This document shows, piece after piece, positions 36,033 to 49,692 of a DNA stretch of 64,000 nucleotides. Below the pieces are notes generated by a model. That model saw only the letters and a list, made by a program, of their open reading frames with translations, ran no database searches and had not been told where the DNA came from. The stretch is from the human T2T-CHM13v2.0 reference genome, Homo sapiens: NCBI RefSeq assembly GCF_009914755.1, contig NC_060945.1; one strand, 5' to 3'. Every line of letters begins with the position of its first letter. Positions within the stretch are counted from its first letter, which is position 1. Made by a program: the position numbers and the translations under genes.

Positions 36033-37406
36033 GTTTTTTTTTGGTTTTTTGTTTTTTTACCATAATTTTTATTTGTAAAAAATGTTCTGTTCTGCTTCTG
36101 TTTTTTTTTTTTTCTTTTTTTTTTTTAAATCATACTTTAAGTTCTGGGATACATGTGCAGAACGTGCAGGTTTGTTACATAGGTATACATGTGCCATCGT
36201 GGTTTGCTGCACCCATCAACCCATCATCTACATTAAGTATTTCTCCTAATGCTATCCCTCCCCTAGCCCCCAATCCCCCAACAGGCCCTGGTGTGTGATG
36301 TTCCCCTCCCTGTGTCCATGTGTTCTCACTGTTCAACTCCCACTTATGAGAGAGAACATGCGGTGTTTGGTTTTCTGTTCTTGTGTTAGGTTGCTGAGAA
36401 TATGGTTTCCAGCTTCACCTATGTCCCTGCAAAGGACATGAACTCATCCTTTTTATGGCTGCATAGTATTCCATTGTGTATATACACCACATTTTCTTTA
36501 TCCAGTATATCACTGATGGGCATTTGTGTTGGTTCCAAGTCTTTGCTATTGTGAACAGTACTGCAATAAACATACGTGTGCATGTGTCTTTGTAGTAGAA
36601 TGATTTATAATCCTTTGGGTATATACCCAGTAATGGGATTGCTGCGTCAAATGGTATTTCTGGTTCTAGATCCTAGAGGAATCGCCACACTGTCTTCCAC
36701 AACGGTTGAACTAATTTACACTCCCACCAACAGTGTAAAAGCGTTCTTGCTTCTCCACATCCTCTCCAGCATCTGTTTTTTCTTGACTTTTTAATGATCG
36801 CCATTCTAACTGGCGTGAGGTGGTATGTCATTGTGGTTTTGATTTGCATTTCTCTAATGACCAGTGATGATGAGAGCTTTTTTTCATATGTTCGTTGGCT
36901 GCATAAATGTCTTCTTTTGAGAAGTGTCTGTTCATATCCTTCACCCACTTTTTGATGAGGTTGTTTGGTTTTTCCTTCTAAATTTGTTTAAGTTCCTTGT
37001 AGATTCTGGATATTAGCCCTTTGTCAGATGGATAGATTGCAAAAATTTTCTCCCATTCTGTAGGTTGCCTGTTCACTCTGATGAGAGTTTCTTTTGCTAT
37101 GCAGAAGCTCTTTAATTAGATTCCATTTGTCAATTCTGGCTTTTGTTGCCATTGTTTTTGGTGTTTTAGTCATGAAGGCTTTTCACATGCCTATGTCCTG
37201 AATGGTATTGCCTAGGTTTTCTTCTAGGGTTTTTATGGTTTTAGGTCTTACGTTTAAGTCTTTAATCCATCTTGAGTTAATTTTTGTATAAGGTGTAAGG
37301 AAGGGGTCCAGTTTCAATTTTCTGTGTATGGCTAGCCAGTTTTCCCAACACCATTTATTAAATAGGGAATCCTTTCCCCCATTGCTTGTTTTCGTCAGGG
37401 TCGTCA
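36033..37406 (-). mobile_element. 5'-truncated L1 (L1PA7-like) with a short 3' transduction
   Basis: L1 3'UTR and ORF2 at 36101-37406; 16-bp TSD GACATCCTAAACTTTT at 36017-36032 and 37407-37422; TT/AAAA endonuclease site. Confidence 0.93.
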
Positions 37407-37776
37407 GACATCCTAAACTTTTAAATTTAAGAATTTACATTTTTTAAAGAAACTGATAGTCATTTAAAAATCCATAACTCAAAAAATAATAATTCCTCCT
37501 ATGTTTTCAACCAAGAGAAGTGAAAATCTGTTTACACAAAGGCCTGAATATAAGTATTCATAACAACTTTCTTCTTAATAGCCAAATATTTTAAAAATAG
37601 TTTATCACTGAAGAATAGTTAAACAAGCTGTAATATATTCCCACAATGGTTACTACCCAACATAAGAAGAATGACATATATACTGGAAACAACATGGACA
37701 TATCTCAAAGGCATTAAAATATATGAAAGAAACCAGGTATAAGATAATTTACTATATGATTCCATTTATATTAAAT

Positions 37777-38077
37777 TCTTTTTTTTTTTTTGAGACAGCA
37801 TCTCACTCTATAACCAAGGCTGGAGTGCAGTGATGTGATCACAGATCACTGCAGCCTTGACCTCCCAGGCTCAGGTGGTTCTTCATCCTGAGTAGCTGGG
37901 ACCACAGGTGTGCCATCACACCTGGCTAATTTTGTGTGTGAGTGTGTGTATGTTTTTTGAGATGGGGTTTTGCCATATGTGTGTTGCCCAGGCTGGTCTC
38001 AAACTCCTGGGCTTAAGTGATCCTCCCTTCTCAGTCTAATGCTAGGATTTACAGACATGAGTCGCTGCTTGTGGCCT
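37777..38077 (-). mobile_element. AluJ-like element
   Basis: poly-T then gagacagcatctcactct...caggctggtctcaaactcctgg. Confidence 0.85.
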
Positions 38078-41000
38078 GTAACAAATTCTAAGAAAGACAA
38101 AACTAGAGTGAAAAAAAAGCAACTGCCAGGAGCTGTGGTGTGGGGAGGGCACTGAATACAGCAGCATACGAGGGAGTTTTGGGGGTAATGAAATGTATTT
38201 TAATGGTAGTGTTGTGTATATGACTATATATATTTGTCCAAATGCATTCATTTGTACACTTAAAATTGGTAAATTTATTATATGTAAATTAAACTCAATC
38301 AGACTATAAAAATAAACTTTTGATCCTGAAAAAATACCTACATACATACAAACTACCTCTGAAACAAATGACTTTTTCAGAATTTCTAATTTAAATATTC
38401 AGAAATATGAATGATGATGATGAATTTTAACAAGGCTTGCATAATTCAATTCTTTTTTGGATCACACCTGAGAGGCATATTAGCTGCTGGACTTATGTAG
38501 ACTTCCTTACCTTCTTTGCATATAAAAAAACAGGAGGTTGAGACAGAAACAAGATATGTAATTAATGTACAATGAAAGTTTCTACTGCCCAGTAAATAAA
38601 GCTTTCTATTGCCCAATGAATTGTGCCTGGCAGCACAATTGATCATTCTTTTTACCCTCAAAGCATCCTTGAAATGATTGACTCAACCATGAGAGAAACA
38701 CTCTAAATATTCTCAGATACAAACTAATAGGATCAGCTTCACAGAACACCTGCAGATGCAACTAACTAAAAATCCAGCTCAATTTGACTTTAATAAGAAG
38801 GCACTTTATTGACTCAGGTGGGTAGTTCAGAAGAAGGCCAGGCTTCAGGGTGAATTTGAGCAAAAAGAAGCTCAGGTATGCTACCCAGGACTCAGTCTCT
38901 TCCCAATTTTCTGCTCTGCCTTCAGTGAAGTCAGAATCATTCTGAGTGTGGCAAAATCTCTAGGAATAATTTATGAGGCTGCATTCTTCATCAAAGAGGG
39001 AAGATGAACAAGCACATTCTTGTTCCTAACAACCTAGCACAACTTGTATTTGACTCTAATTGGAACAACTCAGGCCCTTGCCCATCCCCAAGTCCATTAG
39101 GGGGACCAAGGGAGTGCTGTGTGGCACCTGGCATGAGCCTCAGTTATGCACCCACCTTGGAACCAGTAACTGTGACATAGGGTGAGACAGTGGTGGTTAG
39201 GTTAAGTCAACCAGCACCCACCCCATGTTTCAAACCATGTGACTAAATAATTCAGGGCTCTGTTAGGAAGAAGAAAGGTGGATGCTTCTTGAATAGCACC
39301 CAACACTCAACTACAATTTGATTTGACAGGAACCCAGAGGCCTTCTCCATAGAAATCTCTCACAGTTGTTTGGAAAGAGAGCACTCAGTACAAAAATACT
39401 ATGGCAACAACCCTGTGGCCTCAAGGGTGCTACGGACTTGGTGTGGAGGGTGGGGAAGGACTCAGTGTCTCCTGCAGATGAAGCAGAAGAGATGGCACTG
39501 CCTTAGCAGAGTAGAAAATGTTTAACCCCAAGAGATGCCTACAGAGGCAGCTGAGCCACACCACAGACTCCTAGAAGGGCTTGGGTTAGGGTTACCACGT
39601 GTCTAGATAAGCAGAGGAGATGGTGAGGCAGACACAGAAAGGTCGGTTCAAAGCTGATTGGGAAGAGTGTGATCCCAAGACCCCTCAGTCCACACTGGCA
39701 GTCAAATACTCCTCCCTGACGTCGGAAAAAGAAACAATTTATTTTCTTCAGACTTTGAAACAGAACTTTTGTAAGCTCCAGGACACTAGATAATGCAGCT
39801 TATGTAAAGAGAGTATTTAGTGAAAGCCAATTTACTGAGCAGGGAGATCCTCAGACTCTTTCTCCCTCTTGGCTCCCAGAATGCTAGGGTCAGGCTTGCA
39901 GTCTTAGGAGATTGGCGACCTCTTTTTGGAGAGGATCTGCAGATACCAACATTTTCAGGGTTTCCTCAGGTCCAGGAGTGCCACGCTCCTGTGGATTCTT
40001 CCTCTGTGGAAGCAAAGGAAGACTCCATCTGTGCATACGGAATGCATTAATTATATTTTCTTATTTTCTGTTTTCTTGATGTTCTAGCATCTGGGGTTTA
40101 CTGGGAAAAGATTGCCTTTCCCAGGGCCAGCCAATTAAACTACCAGTCCAGAACCAATACTCCTAACCACCTACTTTATCTGGCTCTGATACTGTAGGAG
40201 ACAATACCGCTCTTCCCTAATCACCCCAGGGCCGGTGCCTTATGGACTGAAATTCTGAAATCTTTTTATGCCTGGCCTTTCCATCCTTCAACTTCCCCTC
40301 TCCCATGCTGTGAATGATTGTATTGGACATTTTTGTTTTAATCTCAGTGACAGGGGAACACAGGTAGCTCTAATATAGCTGTGACCCAGATGCTTCTGTT
40401 TCTAGCATGTATTTATTTTGTAGCAAACATTTACATCCATCATTTTTCACTGTCTTTTGAAAATAATTAGGCAATATCTCATCTGAGGTAGGATGTTTCT
40501 AGGGGTTGTGTTCTGAGGGAGAAAAACTAATCTGTTCTCTTTCCACTGCATTCCAGGAACAGTAAGAGGACCTTGTGCATGAATAATTTGTTTCCACACT
40601 ACAGAGTGATTAATAAGCAGATTAGTAAAAACAATTCTGCTTCACTTAGTAACAGCCTCCTCCAACTCATTTTTTCTCAACAAACTTATTTTTCCAGCAG
40701 AAGAATCACAGACTTCTTAGAGAACCCAGTGAGTTTTCACACCTTAAATCTGTGAAATCCTCATGTTTTCTTCTGCCGTATCCATAGTTCAAACAAAGAT
40801 GAGGCAAAACTAGATGCATTCCTGAAGGAACCCAAGAAATTCCTCTCTTTCTATCTCTGGAATGAAATGCATTATCTAGACCATCAATTCTAACCTTCAA
40901 AAACCAAACCTGTTTGTGAGATCTCCTTCAAATACTACTGTAGACCCCAGTGTTTATTCATTAAATTTTTAAAATATTTGTTTTATTTGGAATCCATGTA

Positions 41001-42408
41001 TTTGTAATTTTAGTGTTTGTATTAATATCAGGGAGAAATGTTTAAATCTGTCTATGCCATATGTGCCTCTGGCTTATTGCCCAATTAATTGTAGCCTCAG
41101 GCTAAACTTTGGTTTCTGTCTTTAATGTTTGTCAGAACAAATATAACTGATCTCAAAACATCTGCTTTTATTGTAGGGACTCGTGCTGCCATCTCCATTC
41201 CTATCTCTTTTCTTGCAATCTGGGTGGAAGTTCTTTAATATGAACATTTCAGCCACCTTCATTCTACCACGTCCGCTATCAGCACATTCAAACTGATCCA
41301 GCCAAGGCTGTCATCTTAGGCCAGGGATTTTTTAGGAATCTATTTTGCTGTGATGCGGCTGGCACCGCTTTGACTCACTTTATCACCCCAGGGTTCTTTT
41401 CATTTTAGAAGCCCAAGAAGGCAGAAAAAGAAGTAGGTGAGCAATTAAACCCTCTGAGTCAGGAGCGTCTCCCCTTGTGTTAGGCAATGTTGTAGAACAT
41501 TGTGTTTAGCAAGCTCCTAGCAGATGAGCCACGTGGCTGCTGAGCACACACGCCTGCTTGCTGCTGTGAGCTCAGACACCATCATCATGTCCTTTCCATC
41601 TCTGGAGGGAATTGTAAGGGCCACTTAATAACCTCTAAATCAGAGAGATGAAGGTGCTTCCCCAAAACACTGATGACAGAATGAAAGGTGAGGAGTGTTA
41701 GCCACAGGTCAAAAGTGCAGGAAAGTCTCTCAGTGTGGGTTGTTGAAGAAATGCAGGTCTTTTTTCTTTTGGAAGTCTCCCTAGAATGGGGTCAAGGACT
41801 CTGCCCATTCTAGGATGAAAAATTGGGATATTAGACACCCTCAGATATTTATCCTAAGCTTCCATTTTGGGCTCTTAATTAGTTTGTTCATCCATCACAA
41901 TCTCAAATGCTAAGCAGGGCATTTGAATCTCTCCACAGTGCAAATCAGCGCCGTCTTTTAAAGTTGAGTTTCTTCTTATTCTCACCTGATACACCTTATT
42001 TATCCCACACCCACCCCAATAACATATCGTGCTCATTGTTATCTTTGAGGCAACCCTTGAATTTTACTCAGCCTGGAGCGCTCTTCACATGTCTTGTCCA
42101 GAGCCAGTTCGGACTCATTCTTCAGCCGTGCATCAGTCAGTGGGGGCTAGCTTAAACTGTGGTGACAAACAACCTCCAAATTTCAGTGGCTCAAAAATCT
42201 TCTTCCTCATTTATTTACATCTCATGACTGGTCAGGTGAGAGGTAGCTCTGTGCTGTGTCATCCTAACACAGGAATCCAGAAGGAAGGAGGGACCGTCAA
42301 TAAGATCCCCATTGCTATAGAAAAGAGAAAAAAGCATGCGGAATAGAACGCTGTTTCTTGGAGATTTCTCCTGAAAAAGTCACATGTTATTTCTTCTCAC
42401 CTCCATTG

Positions 42409-42445
<37 letters not shown>

Positions 42446-42785
42446 ATGTGGCCATGGGAAAATTTAAGTAGGTGGGATGGAACAGTCAGAATGCATTCAT
42501 AAAAAATGAACTGAAAATATTTGGAGAACAGCACCAATGACTATCATGAATGCCAACATACATCCCTAACAACCCAGTGCTGTTACCCTCCAAACTTTTT
42601 ATGTCTTGCAAAGTATTAGAACTTCATATCTGAAGCCATACCACTCAGAGGGAATGCAATACATATTGACATCTCCTTTAGGATGTCCATAGAGAATTCA
42701 AGAAAAGAAATAATTTAAAAGTGCTTTTGGGTACAGCTATTTAGCACTAGAGGGTAAGATTAGACATAGATTGTAAAGATAATAA

Positions 42786-42971
42786 TAGGGTTAGGCATAG
42801 GATTAGGATCTGGGTCAGAGTCAGGGCCAGAAGTATGGTTAGAGGTGGGGTCATGGTCAGGGTCAAGATCAAAGTCAGGGTTAAAGTAAGGGTCAGAATT
42901 AAGGACCAGGGTAGGGATCAGGATTTAGGTTCAGGCTCAAAGTCTTGGGACAGGGTTAGGGTTAGGATTAG
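42786..42971 (+). repeat. Degenerate interstitial telomere-like hexamer tract
   Basis: 6-bp periodicity with TTAGGG, TCAGGG, TTAGGA, TTAGGC and TAAGGG variants, in the same orientation as the terminal array. Confidence 0.8.
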
Positions 42972-42991
42972 AACCAGAGCTTTGTTCTCAG

Positions 42992-43118
42992 GACCCACCC
43001 GAGGGTGGGTCACCATGGCTTTGGAGCACCTGGTAGTGTGGCGTGTCCACAGTGAAGACCAGAGTTTCGTTGTCCTTAAGACTGACCTGGGAGACGTGGC
43101 TGCAGGCCATTGAGGAAG
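42992..43118 (+). ncRNA. Exon-like cassette, likely part of the subtelomeric RPL23A-pseudogene transcript family
   Basis: tttgttctcag| acceptor and GAAG|gtgagg donor; Kozak-context CACCATGG at 43011-43018. Confidence 0.55.
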
Positions 43119-43654
43119 GTGAGGCAAAAGCTTCCTGTCTGCTCCCCGTGTGCTGAGGAGGGAGCTCTGCCATGGGCTTTACTTTCACACGTTATATTCT
43201 ACAAGTCTTGTTTTACAAAAGCATCCCTTCCTTGAGGCTTCGGCTGCTCATCGCTGCTCATCATCATAGCGTGCCATAACATATAGTAAGATTTGGGTTT
43301 GTTTCTGGGAGAGATCTTGGCATAGAGAAAGGAGAAATGCTTAGAGCCACCATCAAGACAGTTGGGATGAAAGCTGGGGATAGGCAGAGGCTGGAGGAAA
43401 CATGTGCACCCCTTGTAAACACTTATTCATGTTTTAGTTATTCACTTAAAGTGTTAAATTAGTAAAAATAGTATTGAAAAATTGAAAAGTAGGCATATTA
43501 AAACTTGTAACACTATTTAAGCTTAGATATATTATTTGTACCTCATCAACATTTTTTATTTTGTTGAGAAAGTGTAAGGTTAATTGGCAGCATATTTCTA
43601 ATAGTAGATAGAATAATGTCTGTTTTATAAATGTTGACATCCTACATTACATGT

Positions 43655-44096
43655 GTGAACCCTGAAAATCTGAGACAGCTCTCAGATTTTTAAGAAAGTT
43701 TATTTTGCCAATCTTGAGGATGTGCACCCGTGATGCCTCCCCAGGAGGTCGTGACAACATGGGCCCAAGGTGATCGGGGCACAGCTTGGTTTTATACACT
43801 TTAGGGAGACATGAGACATCAATCAATACGTGTAAGATGTACATTGGTTCAGTCCAGAAAGGTGAGAAGGCCAGACAGGGGGCTTCCAGGTCATAGGTAG
43901 GTAAGAGACAAATGGTTTCATTCTTTTGCATTGCTGATTACCCTCTCCAAATGAGGCAATCAGGTATGCATTTATCTCGGTGAGCAGATGGGTGACTTTG
44001 GATACAATGGGAGGCGGGTTTGCCCTAAGCAGTTCCCAGCTTGACTTTTCCCTTTAGCTTAGTGATTTTGATTCCCAAGATTTATTTTCCCTTCAT
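43655..44096 (-). mobile_element. MER4A-like ERV1 LTR
   Basis: aaagtttattttgccaa...ggcacagcttggttttatacacttttagggagacatgagacatcaatcaata motif. Confidence 0.75.
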
Positions 44097-44129
44097 AAGG
44101 TTTTCCTATGAGCATTAATTATTCATTGT

Positions 44130-44900
44130 GTATTTTATCACACAAATAAGGCACAGATTTTTAAAAAATCATCAACTTCCTGGCTACCTATATAGACATA
44201 ATTACATAGAAGCTCAACTAAATTTGCAAACATTCCAGAGTTTGGGTTTCCAATAATTCTTTGTGATTCTTTAAAAGGTAAAGTATTTTTTTCCCATAAA
44301 ACATAGCAACATTTAAAATCACCCGTAGAATGTCCTGCCATTTTTGTTTCTGTAGTTTCCTCATTTTCTGCAAAGCCTCGCTGAGGAAATTGACTTTGAA
44401 TATCCTTTTACACTCTTCTGTTTTAGAAAGCATTGTGGTAAAACATTGAATCATCATGGTCATAAGTTCTGTTCACATTCTTTCTTGCTTTGAATATTTT
44501 TTCCCAGTGGCCAATATTTGATTCTGTTGTATCATGGCTAAAAGGTAGGCATGGCAACAAAATAAAGACAGGAAGTCTTTGGAATAAGTGATCCCATCAC
44601 AATGAATCAATTTGCCATTGGAACATATTTTTACAAAGTCACTCTTTCGAAAATATTTAGCTATGAATTGAAACAGAGTCTGTATAGTTAATATTTTTCC
44701 TGGTCTAAGGTGAACAGCATTTTAGAGAATGAACTCAGGACACAACCACAGCACAAGAAAAACGTGATAATTAAGTTTACACATATGTGTTACTACTGCA
44801 ACAGAAAACATGTAAAGAACATTTGATTTATGTATCAGTCTGCACTGTTTAATTTTTTGTGTCATAAATACTCTTATTTAAAAAAACAGGACTAGTTAAC
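44130..44900 (-). mobile_element. hAT (Zaphod/Tip100-like) transposase fossil
   Basis: Adjacent minus frames read KWQDILRVILNVAMF and KNTLPFKESQRIIGNPNSGMFANLVELLCNY, resembling the DUF4371/ZMYM1-type hAT segment. Confidence 0.55.
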
Positions 44901-46320
44901 AGTGTCAATTACTAGTAATTCATGGTATAAATAATTAAACAAGGAAGTGTTCAAAAAAAACAGTGTTTTAAATAAAGTTTTATTTTACATCATCTTTTTT
45001 ACTTACACAGAAATTGTCAAAAAAAAGCAGAGATTTCCCATGTAGCCGCAACCTAGTTTCCTCTCTTATTAACATCTTCTATCAGTGTGTCTCACATGGC
45101 TTATTAATATCTTACATAATTTGTCACAGTTAATGAACCAATACTGATAGACTATTATTAATTGAAGTTCATATTTCATTTGGATTCCCTTAGTTCTATC
45201 TTACTCTGACCCAGGATCCCATCCAGGATCCCGCATGACATGTAGACATCACGTGGGCTCTTCCTGGCTGTGACAGTGTGTCAGGCTTTCCATCTCATGA
45301 TGACCTTCATAGCACTGAGGAGGATTGGTCAGGAATGTTGTAGAATGTCCCCCATTGTCACTTCATGTTCTCAAGGTGAACTGTCACCTTTGATGTTCAC
45401 TTGGATCATTTGGCAGAGCTAATGTTTGTCAGGTTTCTCCACTGTGAGGTTATTTCTCCTCCTTGTCCGTACTGCATGTGTTCTTTTGGAGCAAGTCACT
45501 ATGCAGAGCCTCACTCCGTCAGGAGTTGGCTCCACCTTCTTGACGGCTGAGTGTCTACATCAATTATTTGGAATTCTTTTGCAAAGGAGATTTCTATGCA
45601 ACTCCATTTGCTTATTCACCTAGGTATACAAATACAGACACCTAGATAATTACTTTAAGCTTTAGTTATTATTCAACACTACAGTATTATGTTGCACAAT
45701 TCATTCCTGTGTTGGCCATCAGTAGCTGTTTTTATTGGCTCTTATTTTTCTTTGATATGTTTTAATTTTTTTAGTACTTACTTTCTGATACTTCCAGATT
45801 ATCCTGGCTCCTATATTTACTGTCCCAGTTCTAGTATCAGACATTTCTTCAAAGAGCCTGATTACTTTCAGAATGGTAGGAAAACTTACATCTGGCTGCT
45901 GAATGAGCACATTGTATCTTCTCCCTCATTGGCAATGCTAGGAAGTATATGTGTGTGTCTAACCTACCTATACACACCTAATTATAAAGTTTTCTATGTA
46001 GAACTGTGTGTGTCTATATTAAACTAAACATAAGTTTACGTTGATGTCTCCACCTCTGATCTACTATCACATGAATCATTCTAGCCTTCTAGCCTTGCTA
46101 ATTTGTAACCTCCCACTTCAACAGTAAGAAACCTGGTTCCCACCATCTGTGACTTATGTAAGTCATTGTTTTATTCCAGATACAGACACTGTGGTTTTAC
46201 AATTGTTCACAATTGCTTCTGTTGGAAAGAACTTTATAAAATGGAATCCAATAATGAAGTATAGTTCATGTGCCTTCAGCCTACAGATTCTATTCATTTT
46301 CAAAGTTTTTACCTAGATTT

Positions 46321-46760
46321 GTGTCTTAGTCCATTTTGTGCTTCTGTAACAGAATACCTGAGGCTGCGTAATTTATAAGTAAAACAGTTTCATTTGGTTG
46401 ACAATACTGGTGGCTGGAATGTCTGAGATTGGGCGGTTGCATCTGGCGGGGCCTCAGTCTTTTTCACCTCATGGTGGAAAGTGGAAGGGGAGCAAGGGGT
46501 GCACCAGCGATCACACAGCAGAAGTGAAAGCAAGAGGGAAGCCAAGGAAGCCAGGCTCTTTTTAATTACCTACTCCTGCAGGAATTATCTATTCCTGTGA
46601 GAACAGAACTCACCCCCATGGAGGACATTAATCTATTCATGAGGGATCCGTCCCCACGACCCAAACACCGTCCACTAGGCCCCACCGCCCCACACTGACG
46701 CAGTGGGAGTCAAATTTCAACATGAGTTTTTGTGGGGACAAACCACATCCAAACCATAGT
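46321..46760 (-). mobile_element. MST-family MaLR LTR
   Basis: tgtcttagtccattttgtgct...ggggacaaaccacatccaaaccatag. Confidence 0.75.
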
Positions 46761-47406
46761 AATTTGTAGCATAAATTCTTTTTCACATGATGTATTCTGT
46801 CATGGGATACTCCACATCCTGAGTAATTTGATTTAATTTGAATAGAGTTTGCTTTAACCATTTGGCTGTAAAATTCTGCGTATTTCGACAAATGCATTGT
46901 GGCAGATATCCCGCTATTAAAGTATCATATGGAATGCCTCAAACCCCCACCCCATGGAGCCAATGGCTTCCCATCTGTGTAGTTTGCCTTCTCCAGTGTC
47001 TCATTAAATGAGGTCACACTGTGTGTATCCTCCTCAGACTGTCTTCTTCCACTTAGCAATGTGCATGCAAGATTCACTCATGTCTTTGTGTGTGTTGATA
47101 TCTTGTTCCTTTCTATGGCTAAATAGTATTCCATTACATGAATGTAGCAGAATTTGGTTATGCATTTTGGGGAGCAGAACCTTCCTCTTCTAACTTTGTT
47201 CCAGGGTTGGAGACCTTCAAGTTAACTGACAATAGATACATTAGTAGGAGAGACAATACTTGGCTTCTTGTTCCCCAAGTATCATTGTGGGACAAAATTC
47301 ATCAGATGGCAGGATCCAGTTTACAAAGAGGTAAAAATAGCCCAGAAACAAGAAACAAGACTAGAATCTGATAACTCACAATGGCTATAGTTTTCCTTTA
47401 AAAAAA

Positions 47407-47671
47407 TTTTTTTTGAGACAGGGTCTGGCTCTGCCGCCCAGGCTGGAGTGCAAAGGTGCAATCTCAGCTCACTGCAACCTCTACCTCCTGGGTGCAAACG
47501 ATCCTCCCTCCTCAGCCTCCTGATTACCTGGGACTACAGGCACATGCCGTCATGCCCATCTAATTTTTGTATTTTTGGTAGAGACGGGGTTTCACCATGT
47601 TGCCCAGGCTGATGTTGAACTCCTGGCCTTCCAAAGGGCTGTAATTATAGGCATGTGCCACCATGCCCGGC
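47407..47671 (-). mobile_element. Alu with an internal deletion
   Basis: gagacagggtctggctctgccgcccaggctggagtgc...atgcccggc. Confidence 0.88.
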
Positions 47672-49392
47672 TGTGTTATACTTTTCCTTTGAAAGATAAA
47701 ATTTCTCTCTGTAGTAACCATCATTTTTGATCATAATCAAAGTAAGACTATTCTTGTTTTAAAAATAAGTCTAGTTTTGTTAGATTTTGCTTGATTATTT
47801 ACGTAAGTGCAGCAAGAACAGGAGATGACCACGTAGGTGCTTTCAGGTTTCTTTGCTGGAAGTTTTCATACAGAATCTCAGATTTGACTTTTAAAGGCCT
47901 TATTCAGGCTAAAAGCCAAGCCAAGAACATACTATCAAATTTCAGCTGCAGTCCTTATAGCTTTTTGTGAATTCCTCTCTTCTTGAGGCCCCAAAATATC
48001 CCTAAATTCCTGGGCCTACCAGGAAATGACCTTCCTTACTAACCTATAAGGCTATGAACCCTGTAATCTAGGTATCAGGCTGGGTTTTCTCAGAGTGCTG
48101 TTGGGAATGAAGTTTTTTATGTTCCCCCCCCCAAAAAAAAGAACTAACATGGGAACAAATGATCTCTTAGCAAGGCGAGCTTTATTTTTCTGCACAAAGG
48201 GTGCTACTCAATAGCTGTCCAGCTACAAGAGCACACCAAACAAAGGAGACAGAGTTACTTATAACCTGACGTGTCTACCCTACTGCTGTGTCCAGTTTCC
48301 ATTGGCTGGAATAGGACCTCCCATTTTACACTTTACCCGATTGGCTGTTAGTTTAAAACTTTCTTAATTAGGTAAAGGGAATAGAAGAAAGAAAGAAAAG
48401 GAAGTTGCCCAGGGGTAGTTAAGGAAGCATCTCCAAATAAGGAATGGCATGCACTATGGGCTGGGGCTTGTCTAGTTCTGTCCAGGCATGCTGGAGCAAG
48501 CTAGGACAAGTGATTTGGAACACACACACACACACACACACACATAAAAATAGTGGGTAGTTGTGACTTTATAATCTTTGAGGAAGAACTTTCCTCAAAG
48601 TTTTCCACAGTGCTTTGTAAGCATTGTCTCCATAAAAGTCAACCTTACTTCCTTAAAATTGCTGGTCATAACTGATCTTAGGTACACTTCCTAAATATGA
48701 TATTCCAGTAAAAACCTTGATAATATAACCAAAATTTCCAATTATGTCCTGTTATAAGGTGAATAGATTCTTATTGGACTTTTGCTAACAACAATATCAT
48801 CGTGGAAATAAGAGTATTCAGTAAGGATTTCAAAATTCTGGAAAAATCAGGCAAGAAAAAAAGATAAACGCTTCATTTCTGTTTACAAAAGTATAATCTA
48901 CTAAATTGTTGTAAGTTACAGTTAGAGTAAGAGAAAGAGATTTCTTAAATCCAGAAACTAGAATATTAACCAGCAATGCTCCAAAAAGCTATACAATTAT
49001 AATCAATTTTCATCAGTTCATTCAGTGCCATGTAATCAATTCCAGTCTTGTGGATCTTGAGTTAGCAGTGTCATGAACCCATCAGTTTCCCAACCGGACT
49101 TCTGGAGACCTTAACTGAGTCAAGTGTATGGTCTTAAAGTTATTTAAGCAATATCATCAGAAGCCTATAACCAGAGTACCTGTCATAGTCTTTTCTGTGA
49201 GTCTCAGAGGGAGTCCTGTCTTGGAGACGAACATTCTGACCTGTAGTTGATTGCAGGAGCTTTCAGGAAAGCATCAGGGGGAAATAATATCTAAATGACG
49301 AAAAGTATGAAATGGCTGTGATGAAAGATCTGATGAGAGTTCATTATACCACAACTGACAAGGATATTCGATTTTTTCTGTGGCAGACAACA

Positions 49393-49692
<300 letters not shown>

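Noticed and set aside
39581-39594. TTGGGTTAGGGTTA as an interstitial telomere
   Set aside because: About two units only, compatible with chance.
42411-42442. A32 run as the tail of a hidden retrocopy
   Set aside because: No upstream poly(A) signal, TSD or mRNA-like body; it looks like an expanded homopolymer.
42835-43014. VRVRVK-rich N-terminus of ORF 42835-43113
   Set aside because: It is the translation of the degenerate telomere tract, upstream of the splice acceptor.
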